The notes under the pieces were generated by a model. That model saw nothing but the letters and a program-made list of their open reading frames with translations. It did not search any database and was not told where the DNA came from. DNA of 64,000 nt from Candidatus Levyibacteriota bacterium. Its GTDB lineage: Bacteria > Patescibacteriota > Microgenomatia > Levybacterales > UBA12049. The translations under genes and the position numbers were made by a program. Below, piece by piece: positions 56,701-64,000 of the stretch (positions are counted from its first letter, which is position 1; the number at the start of each line of letters is the position of its first letter). Location of the stretch: assembly GCA_016199085.1 (NCBI GenBank), contig JACQHJ010000003.1, positions 103,517-167,516 on the forward strand. Reading direction: 5' to 3'.

Positions 56701-57053
56701 GTTCTTTGGAAGATGAGTTGCTAGTTCGATTTATTTCGGACAGGAAAGTCCAGACAGGTATAAGGCCAGGATTGGAACGTAAGTTCCGACTAGAAATAGC
56801 TAGTGTCTAAAACCTCACCCACATATGGTTTTAGAACAGATTATGAATTAACATAATCTGAGAGCAACAGAGACGAGTGGGAGTGAAACGGGCAATCCTA
56901 CCTGCTGTAACCTCCGAATGATGCGCTAAAAGAGCTTTATCTTGCATCGAAGTTTGAGGGCAGTTTCGAAAAGAAACCAAAAGTGACTAAATATCACATT
57001 TGAGACAGATTGCAACTTAGAAACAGAATCTGGCTTACTATCTTCCAAAGAAC
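56701..57053 (+). ncRNA. rnpB: RNase P RNA
   Basis: P1 GTTCTTTGGAAGAT/ATCTTCCAAAGAAC; AGGAAAGTCCAG paired with AACAGAATCTGGCTTA (P4); AGAGCAACAGAGAC and GTGAAACG conserved regions; TGgTATAAT promoter at 56686-56694. Confidence 0.93.
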
Positions 57054-58097
57054 CTATTTATATTTTTCCTCTATTTCTTTGTCTTCAATAAGCTCCAGTG
57101 AATATTCAACAATTATTTTTAAGATACCAGCAATTGGAACAGCCAATAAAAGTCCTGTGATACCGGCAACATGTTCTCCCGCAATGACAGCAAACAATAT
57201 GACTAAAGGATGTAATTTTGTAATTCTTCCCATCACATGAGGATTAATCAGATAATCCTGGATTTGTCTGACAACCGTATAAGCAATAACCACTACTATT
57301 GCCGTCTGAAGCGGATCTAATCCAAAGTTTGAAGTACTCCCCATATATGCAACAACAGCCGCAACAGCTGCGGCAAGAATCGGCCCGATAATAGGAACTA
57401 TTTCGGCAAATCCTGAAAATATTGCAAGGATCAATGCGTATCTAACACCGATAATTGTTAAACAAATAAAAAGGATAAATGAGACAAGAATGACTAAAAA
57501 TATCTGACCTCTCAGGTAACTGCCGAGTATTGAATTTATTTTCTTAAGTAGAATATCTACTTCAATCTTGTATCTGTTGGGAACCAGATTTAAAAGTCTG
57601 TCAAACATTCCTCCTCCTTCTTTAAGAAAATAAAAGGCGGCAAACAGAAAGATAATAAATGTTATTATTCTTGAAAATATCTGTGGAACAAACGAATAAA
57701 TTGATGGAACCGAAACGCTTACTGATTTTTCTATCGAAGTTACCGCATCATTTAATGTTGGTCTCACCCACTGGGGAAGTGTATTAATTTGAGACTTGGC
57801 TGTTTTTGTAATTGTTGTTACCTGAGTCTTAAGCTGGGAAGATTCATCAATTACCCTTTTATATGAAACAAAGATCGTCCCTATTATTACCCCAACTATA
57901 AGTGTGTAAATGACTATTACTGATAACGTTCTTGGCACTTTAAATCTTTTATGAAGAATGTTAACAACGGGATTAAAAATGTAGGCAAATATAGCTGCGA
58001 AAATAAAAGGCGTTAAGATTTCCCTTTGTACGTAGAGAAAGAGAATTAACAAAAGACCAACTGCTAAAAAGAAAATGAACTTAAGTCTTAAAGTCAT
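57054..58097 (-). CDS. AI-2E (PerM/YhhT) family transporter
   Basis: AYIFNPVV, YLRGQ, IVPIIGP, LHPLV, GLLLAVP. Confidence 0.9.
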   Translation of the reverse strand: MTLRLKFIFFLAVGLLLILFLYVQREILTPFIFAAIFAYIFNPVVNILHKRFKVPRTLSVIVIYTLIVGVIIGTIFVSYKRVIDESSQLKTQVTTITKTAKSQINTLPQWVRPTLNDAVTSIEKSVSVSVPSIYSFVPQIFSRIITFIIFLFAAFYFLKEGGGMFDRLLNLVPNRYKIEVDILLKKINSILGSYLRGQIFLVILVSFILFICLTIIGVRYALILAIFSGFAEIVPIIGPILAAAVAAVVAYMGSTSNFGLDPLQTAIVVVIAYTVVRQIQDYLINPHVMGRITKLHPLVILFAVIAGEHVAGITGLLLAVPIAGILKIIVEYSLELIEDKEIEEKYK

Positions 58098-58128
58098 TAA
58101 GACTATTATAGCAAAAGTCTTTTATAAA

Positions 58129-58401
58129 TTATCTAACTGCTTTTTTAAGAGTCTTTCCCGGTGTAAATCCCGGAGCTTTTCTTGCTTCAATAGTAATTTT
58201 TTCTCCTGTTTTTGGATTTCTACCTGGTCTAGCTGCTCTTTTTCTGATACTAAATGTTCCAAAGCCTGTAATTACGACTTTTTCTCCTCTTTTAAGTGAA
58301 TCTCTAATACCGTTTAGAAATGCGGAAACAGAATCTCTAGCTGCTTTGTTGGTAAGATTTCCCTTTTTTGCTACTAACTCTACTAAATCTTTTTTGGTCA
58401 A
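58129..58401 (-). CDS. hup: Nucleoid protein HU
   Basis: GFGTF, RPGRNPKTGE; TTG start with GGGAGGTGA SD; TTGACA-18-TATTGT upstream. Confidence 0.95.
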   Translation of the reverse strand: MTKKDLVELVAKKGNLTNKAARDSVSAFLNGIRDSLKRGEKVVITGFGTFSIRKRAARPGRNPKTGEKITIEARKAPGFTPGKTLKKAVR

Positions 58402-58497
58402 ATTATTTCACCTCCCTGCCTTTTTGATTTAGGTTTACAATACAGTGTAATCAAGATGTTTGTCAAGAGGAAAATTGGAGAAAAATTGCGCAATCGG

Positions 58498-59022
58498 TTA
58501 TTTTTTAATTTTTTCCATTAATAAGTCACTGTATGAAACTTCTATTAGATCCTTTTCCTTAACATCAAATAGCTTAAGATACTTCTGGCATTGTATTAAT
58601 AACTTATCTTTCCCAATATTACCGTTTTTGTCTATTGCTTCAATTTCCATAAATGTCCCTAAATCCTTAACTGTATCTACGTGAAACTTTACATTTTCTA
58701 TGAAATAGATTTTTCTTTCTTTATCTACGATTACCAAAACTCCAAGTGCATTCATCAAAATATTTTTAAGTGGTGAGTTTGGAACTGTTTTGAGAAGAAT
58801 AATCTTTGATTTTTTAGGTCCTTTTTTATTTTCTCTCTCATAATAAATAAGATAATTTTCAATATTACCTTCACGTAATTTTAATCTTCCCCGAGCTACT
58901 TTAAAATATGTATCTATTTGATAATCTGTTCCTTTAAAATCCGCTTTGCATGACTTAAGAATTGACAAAATTGCCTTCGGATTACTACATCTTGCTTTAA
59001 TCTCAATATTTAAATGTTTCAT
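58498..59022 (-). CDS. CYTH family (class IV adenylate cyclase/triphosphatase-like)
   Basis: NIEIKAR, QIDTYF, RLKLR, K.R.IY, H.DTV..LG.F.EIE, SYSDL. Confidence 0.88.
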   Translation of the reverse strand: MKHLNIEIKARCSNPKAILSILKSCKADFKGTDYQIDTYFKVARGRLKLREGNIENYLIYYERENKKGPKKSKIILLKTVPNSPLKNILMNALGVLVIVDKERKIYFIENVKFHVDTVKDLGTFMEIEAIDKNGNIGKDKLLIQCQKYLKLFDVKEKDLIEVSYSDLLMEKIKK

Positions 59023-59026
59023 AAGA

Positions 59027-60295
59027 TTATGAGGAATATTCTGAGGAAACAGCTCTAAATTCTCTAATTGCTGTAACCTTAATCTCTCCGGGAACTGCCA
59101 GGGCTTTACTTACTTCATCTCTTATTTTTGCAGCAAGAACCGTTGTTTCTTCATCACTTAAAGCTCCTGGATTTATTATAACTCGCAGTTCCCTACCTGC
59201 TTCAAAAGCATAAGCGTCTTCTACTCCGTCGAATTTCTTGGCGATTTCTTCCATTTGAGTAAGTCTTTTTGCATATTCTTCTATGTCTTCGTATCTTGCA
59301 CCTGGTCTTGCTCCTGAAATTGCATCTGCAATATGAACTATTACTGACTCAACTGAAGAAAATGGTTTATCTTCATGATGTTCTGCAACACAGTTTACAA
59401 TTGCTTCTGGAATATTGTGTTTTTTCAAAAACTCTACTCCCAAAGTTACATGACTTCCCTCTCCTTCAATTACTTTTCCAATGTCGTGGAATAAACAACC
59501 AAGCCTGACTATGTTTACGTCTGCTCCGATTTCTGCTGCAATGTGGACTCCGATTTTGGTGTCTTCTAATGTATGGACTATTAAATTTTGTCCAAACGAG
59601 GTTCTGAATTTAAATCTACCCAATACTGACAATATTTCCTTGGGAAGATTATAGACTCCTGCCTCATGAGCCAACTTTTCTCCTTCTTCAAACATTACTT
59701 TATCGACTTCCTGTTTTGTCTGAGTAACTATCTCTTCTATTCTGAAAGGCTGGATTCTTGTGTCTTTGATTAATTTCTCAAGGGCTCTTCTTGCAACTTC
59801 TCTTCTTACCTGGTCAAAAGATGAAAGCCTTATAATTCCCTCTTCATCTAGGTCAACGTCGACTCCTGTTGCCTGTTCGAAAGCTCTGATATTTCTTCCT
59901 TCTTTTCCGATTATCCTTCCCTTTACATCTTCATCGGTTATTTTAACAACAGAAACAGTGTATTCAGCAATGTAATCCAAGACTCCATGACGCATGCTTT
60001 CAACCAATATTTCCTGAGCTTTTCTATCTGCTGTTTTAGCAGCCTCTTCTTCTCTTTCCCGAATTATCTTTGCAACAGCAGCTACTTCCTTTTGCTCAAT
60101 GAGATCTAATAATTCTTTTTTTGCTTCCTGTGCCGTAAGGGAAGATGCTTTTTCCAAAAGCTCTTCCAGTTTGTCTTTTGTTGCCTGGAGTTTTTGTTTC
60201 TCTTTTTCTAATGCTTCTTTTTCGCTATCCAATTTCTCCTGTCTTTCAAGAAGTTTTTTTTCTAACTGGATTAAATCCTGATTGTTATCTGCCAT
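59027..60295 (-). CDS. rny: Ribonuclease Y (no N-terminal TM anchor)
   Basis: KH domain KGRIIGKEGRNIR; HD domain FHDIGK; ADAISGARPGAR; AGRELRV. Confidence 0.93.
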   Translation of the reverse strand: MADNNQDLIQLEKKLLERQEKLDSEKEALEKEKQKLQATKDKLEELLEKASSLTAQEAKKELLDLIEQKEVAAVAKIIREREEEAAKTADRKAQEILVESMRHGVLDYIAEYTVSVVKITDEDVKGRIIGKEGRNIRAFEQATGVDVDLDEEGIIRLSSFDQVRREVARRALEKLIKDTRIQPFRIEEIVTQTKQEVDKVMFEEGEKLAHEAGVYNLPKEILSVLGRFKFRTSFGQNLIVHTLEDTKIGVHIAAEIGADVNIVRLGCLFHDIGKVIEGEGSHVTLGVEFLKKHNIPEAIVNCVAEHHEDKPFSSVESVIVHIADAISGARPGARYEDIEEYAKRLTQMEEIAKKFDGVEDAYAFEAGRELRVIINPGALSDEETTVLAAKIRDEVSKALAVPGEIKVTAIREFRAVSSEYSS

Positions 60296-60411
60296 AAGTG
60301 TTTAACAATAGAAGCTAGAGCTTTTATTTAAGCTCTTGTAAAGTGGATTATCGAAAAGATTAAATTTTTACTTTTCATATAACAACTTAGCTTTTTGCTC
60401 TATTGCTTGCT

Positions 60412-60888
60412 CTAATTATACCGATTTCGTATTAATTGGTCAACAACTTCTTTGATTGTATCCCAGTTAAATCCGCGGGAAGCAAGAAATCTAACGAGCT
60501 TTTCATATTGTTTTTGAGGTTCATCGTTTTTAAGTCTTGGCAATTTTTTCTTGGCAATTTTTTTTGCTTTATCCAGGTCACTTTCTGTCTCTACGGATTT
60601 ATCTTGTAATATTTCGTCAACAAGATCTTTATCTATTCCCTTTTGGGCAAGTTCTAATTTAATAAGTCTTTGTGCTTTAGGTCTAAATTTTGTTCTTTGT
60701 TCTATCCACCACTTGGAAAAATCAGTATCGTTTATGAAATTATGTTCCTTAAGGCTTTCAATAATTCTTTTAATAGTTAGATCATCTGCTTTTTTCTTAA
60801 TTAAATAGTCTCTGACTTCTTTTTCGCTTCGGGGTCTATACGACAGAAATTTATAGGATTTATTGAGGAGCTTTTCAAAATTATCCAT
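60412..60888 (-). CDS. recX: RecA regulator RecX
   Basis: LSYRPRSEKE, INDTDF, EL.QKGI, FLASRGF; follows recA. Start moved to MDNFEK. Confidence 0.9.
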   Translation of the reverse strand: MDNFEKLLNKSYKFLSYRPRSEKEVRDYLIKKKADDLTIKRIIESLKEHNFINDTDFSKWWIEQRTKFRPKAQRLIKLELAQKGIDKDLVDEILQDKSVETESDLDKAKKIAKKKLPRLKNDEPQKQYEKLVRFLASRGFNWDTIKEVVDQLIRNRYN

Positions 60889-60895
60889 TAAAGAT

Positions 60896-61978
60896 TTACT
60901 CTTCTTTTGCTTCTTCCACTCCGACTTCAACACGAGCAGGTGTAGTTTTACTTACGGTCATTATCTGCTCAACAATCTTTTTGGCAACATCTGGTTTTTC
61001 TTTTAAGAAAGCAATTGAGGCCTGTTTTCCCTGGCCAAGCATTAATTCACCGTATCTAAAGAATGCTCCGGATTTACTAATTATTCCCATATCTACTCCA
61101 ACATCCATTATTCCGCCTTCTCTTGAAATTCCGGTGTCTCCGTAGACGTCAAATTCTGCAATTCTAAAAGGAGAGGAAACTTTGTTTTTAACAATCTTTG
61201 CTCTATGTCTACTGCCTATTACCCTGTCTCCTTCTTTAAGGCTTTCAATTTTTCGAATATCTATTCTGACTGAGGAATAAAATTTTAAAGCAAGTCCTCC
61301 TGTTGTAGTCTCGGGATTTCCAAACATGATTCCAATTTTTTGTCTTAATTGGTTTGTAAAAATAACAACTGTTTTTGATTTGGAAATTACAGCCGTTAGC
61401 TTTCTTAAAGCCTGGGACATCAGTCTTGCCTGAAGACCCATGACAGCGTCTCCCATTTCACCCTCAATTTCAGCCCTTGGGACCAAAGCTGCAACGCTGT
61501 CAATAACTAAAACATCAACTCCACCCGATCTTATCAAGCTTTCTGCAATTTCCAAAGCCTGTTCTCCCGTATCCGGCTGGGAAATTAATAAATCATCAAG
61601 CTTTATTCCAATCCTTTCAGCCCACAGCGGATCAAGTGCATGTTCTGCGTCAATAAAGGCTGCAACGCCTCCGTGTTTTTGGGCTTGGGCAATAATTGAA
61701 AGACAGACTGTAGTTTTTCCGGAAGCTTCAGGACCGTAAATTTCGATGATTCTACCCCTTGGCACTCCCCCTACCCCGAGCGCTAAATCTAAGGGAAGAC
61801 AGCCTGTGGAGATAACCGAGATATCAAGTTTTTGCCCTATGTCTCCAAACCTCATAATGGAGCCCCTACCGTATTGTTTTTCGATTTGTTCCATTGCAAG
61901 CTTGACAGCTTCCATCTTTCCGGAGGGTTGGACTTGACCGTTGGGCATCGATTTGGTTGGATTTGCAGTGCGCGCCAT
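60896..61978 (-). CDS. recA: Recombinase A
   Basis: [36 protein letters not shown]. Confidence 0.98.
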   Translation of the reverse strand: MARTANPTKSMPNGQVQPSGKMEAVKLAMEQIEKQYGRGSIMRFGDIGQKLDISVISTGCLPLDLALGVGGVPRGRIIEIYGPEASGKTTVCLSIIAQAQKHGGVAAFIDAEHALDPLWAERIGIKLDDLLISQPDTGEQALEIAESLIRSGGVDVLVIDSVAALVPRAEIEGEMGDAVMGLQARLMSQALRKLTAVISKSKTVVIFTNQLRQKIGIMFGNPETTTGGLALKFYSSVRIDIRKIESLKEGDRVIGSRHRAKIVKNKVSSPFRIAEFDVYGDTGISREGGIMDVGVDMGIISKSGAFFRYGELMLGQGKQASIAFLKEKPDVAKKIVEQIMTVSKTTPARVEVGVEEAKEE

Positions 61979-62030
61979 AGCGTGTTTATTGTAACAACTT
62001 TTTGTTATAATGCAATATGTAAAACCGTTA

Positions 62031-62104
62031 CGGGGAATAGCTCAGATAGATAGAGCGCGCGCATGGGGTGCGTGAGGTCGCTGGGGCGGAACCAGTTTCC
62101 CCGA
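62031..62104 (+). tRNA. tRNA-Pro(GGG), CCA not encoded
   Basis: Acceptor CGGGGAA/TTCCCCG; D stem GCTC/GAGC; anticodon stem CGCGC/GCGTG with GGG at 62065-62067; T stem GCTGG/CCAGT. Confidence 0.9.
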
Positions 62105-62232
62105 CTAATGCGATAATCTATATTTAGAGTTTACAGTTGATTAGCTAACATCTCTTATTCTAACCTCCATTTTTATGTTGACAAACAAAGCATATTGCAG
62201 TATATTATGGCCGTACTGTCCAATATACCTTT

Positions 62233-62829
62233 ATGGCAGATACAGAAAAAGAGCATTCACAATCGTATACAGAATTAGTCGAAGCATTTAATCAAGCTGC
62301 TAACTCATCTAACGCATTAATCTCCCAAGCCGCCGATCTACAAACTGAAGCACGGGCAAGATTTGAAGAATTGGCAGCACTCCGGGGACGAATGCTTGAG
62401 GAAAAGCTTAGACAAAGAGGATTGACTGTTTGTTCTGAAACGCCTGGAAGACATGATGAAAATCCAGACAGACCCGAAGATAGATTAGGGGTATTCCCCC
62501 AAGGAGAAATGCGGTTACTTTACGAAGCTGTTACTGTATGGGCAGGCGGACATGGATATGAACACTTAGAAAGAGATCCTGTGCTCAAACAACTATGCCC
62601 CCAACACTTTCCTACTAAAGGACTCAATCTAGTGTGGCCATCAGGACATTCTTCAGCAAAATTTGACATTCGAAGTGAAGTCGTTGAACACGACGGAAGA
62701 CTAGTAACATTGGTAAATGAAATTGATGTAACCAGTTTGCCGCCTCTAAGAAGGGGTTACACTCCTGATATGTATCGACATTTTGGCATTCCTAACTTAC
62801 CAACAACTCCACTTATTACTATTAGATAG
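62233..62829 (+). CDS. Orphan hypothetical protein
   Basis: 198 aa ORF; TTGACA-17-TATATT promoter at 62178-62206; N-terminal coiled coil. Confidence 0.7.
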   Translation: MADTEKEHSQSYTELVEAFNQAANSSNALISQAADLQTEARARFEELAALRGRMLEEKLRQRGLTVCSETPGRHDENPDRPEDRLGVFPQGEMRLLYEAVTVWAGGHGYEHLERDPVLKQLCPQHFPTKGLNLVWPSGHSSAKFDIRSEVVEHDGRLVTLVNEIDVTSLPPLRRGYTPDMYRHFGIPNLPTTPLITIR

Positions 62830-62914
62830 AGTCTGTTCAAGGCTTATCGCTTCTACCAGATACTGAAATTTAAATTGCTTTTTAGGCCTATTTTGGCTAT
62901 AATCAACTCTACTT

Positions 62915-63667
62915 ATGATTTCACTCAGCCGTAAAAAAATGGATATTTACAGTGCGTTCCCGACGCTTAAATCAATTCCAAAGGAAAGCTTTCCCCAGTT
63001 TATTTTCATAATTCCTGACGGAAACAGAAGATATGCAAGGGAAAATGGAAAGTCCGTTCTTTGGGGGCATAAAAAAGGGCTTGACGTATGTATTTATCTT
63101 CTAAGAAGTATGAGACCGCTTCCTGTAAAAGTTGTGGGATTTTGGGGATTTTCTTCTGATAACTGGAAGAGAAATGAAAGAGAGATAAAAGGACTCATGA
63201 GTCTTTTTGAGTTATTTCTTACTAAGTATGTTGGAGAATTAATGGAGAACAATTCCAGATTCCTTCATCTTGGAAGAAGAGATAGATTACCAAAAAGATT
63301 AGTAGATAAAATTATAGAGGTTGAACAAAAAACCAGCAAGAATACCGGACAAATTGTTTGTGCAGCTTTAGATTTTGGAGGCGAAGATCAAATGATTAGA
63401 ATATTAAATAAAGCAAGACAGCTAGATAAAAATATTGAAATAACACCAGAACTATTGCATTCCTTAAGAGATGGGAATGGCCTAGTTCCATCAGCAGATT
63501 TGATTATTAGAACTTCCGAAATTAGGACATCGGATTTAGGATGGATTAATGGTAAAAATACTGTGCTTTATTTTATTCCTGAAAAGTATTTTCCAGATAT
63601 GGATAATGGTGACGTAGTAAAAGGCATTGAATTTTTCTATCAAACTGAAAGAAGACAAGGTAAATAA
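62915..63667 (+). CDS. uppS: cis-prenyltransferase (undecaprenyl diphosphate synthase)
   Basis: IPDGNRRYA, GHKKG, FSSDNWKR, DLIIRTS, terminal RRQG. Confidence 0.92.
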   Translation: MISLSRKKMDIYSAFPTLKSIPKESFPQFIFIIPDGNRRYARENGKSVLWGHKKGLDVCIYLLRSMRPLPVKVVGFWGFSSDNWKRNEREIKGLMSLFELFLTKYVGELMENNSRFLHLGRRDRLPKRLVDKIIEVEQKTSKNTGQIVCAALDFGGEDQMIRILNKARQLDKNIEITPELLHSLRDGNGLVPSADLIIRTSEIRTSDLGWINGKNTVLYFIPEKYFPDMDNGDVVKGIEFFYQTERRQGK

Positions 63668-63685
63668 CTACTCCTTTCTATTTAT

Positions 63686-64000
63686 ATGTATGACCTAAAA
63701 CAGTTTAAGGAGATATTTGACCCTATATTAAACAATTTTGTTGATAAAAAAACTGAAGGTTTCCAAAAAAATACAAACGATGTCTTTATAAAAGATTTCG
63801 TCTTGTATTCCAAAAACCTAATTACAGGTGGAGGCAAAAGAATTAGGCCATACATTACCTATCTTACCTACAAATCCTTCGGGGGTACAAATGAAAAAGA
63901 AATAATGAATATTCTTCTAAGTCTGGAACTTTTCCATAATTTTTGCCTTATTCATGATGATGTTATGGACAAAGGCAAAACTCGCCATGGGCAAACAACA
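63686..64000 (+). CDS. trans-polyprenyl diphosphate synthase (FPP/GGPP), truncated by window end
   Basis: Not in ORF track; my translation MYDLKQF...GGGKRIRP...LELFHNFCLIHDDVMD...RHG contains the first DDxxD motif. Confidence 0.88.
   Translation, partial: MYDLKQFKEIFDPILNNFVDKKTEGFQKNTNDVFIKDFVLYSKNLITGGGKRIRPYITYLTYKSFGGTNEKEIMNILLSLELFHNFCLIHDDVMDKGKTRHGQTT

Noticed and set aside
1-64000. CRISPR array, IS element, integrase or prophage
   Set aside because: No regularly spaced repeats and no cas, transposase or phage genes seen; intergenic gaps are too short.
62080-64000. Duplicated tRNA 3' end marking an integrated element
   Set aside because: No second copy of CCAGTTTCCCCGA seen in the remaining window.
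1-64000. Alternative genetic code (UGA as Gly or Trp)
   Set aside because: Full-length conserved genes end at TGA, and RF2 with its SPF motif is present.

Overview
AT-rich, very tightly packed bacterial chromosome segment (standard code 11). Gene content (class I LysRS, 105-aa TsaB, PT-repeat surface protein, AdnAB-like helicase-nuclease, many extended -10 promoters just upstream of start codons) suggests Patescibacteria/CPR, probably the Microgenomates group; this is an inference. From left to right: a surface-glycan cluster (GT-C, GT2-GtrA, uxs, gmd, rmd, ugd, rmlD/B/C, two GT2s); tsaB/C/E; ftsE-ftsX with a coiled-coil/C39 hydrolase; prfB; NRAMP; uppP; a serine operon (serB-serA fusion, serC); secA; serS; rdgB; lysS; a DapL-type lysine operon; an aclB-aclA-tdh-kbl operon; greA; tsaD; rmuC; RNase P RNA; HU; rny; recX; recA; tRNA-Pro(GGG); prenyltransferases. 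I saw no CRISPR array, transposase or integrase. The strongest signal lies in intergenic DNA missed by the ORF track. Both amino-acid operons are preceded by a promoter, a (near-)leaderless leader peptide carrying cognate codons (SPSSSS before serB-serA-serC; KCKK before dapL-lysA-lysC-dapB-dapA-asd), and mutually exclusive 1:2, 2:3 and 3:4 RNA helices ending in an intrinsic terminator. These are candidate ribosome-mediated serine and lysine attenuators, and they appear to share one template. Also notable: a stand-alone 9-codon gene (MAKKRKKKK) with its own SD and terminator, structured leaders before greA and rny, a remodelled RNase P S-domain, and a tRNA with a non-canonical elbow. All RNA structures were paired by eye, not computed.
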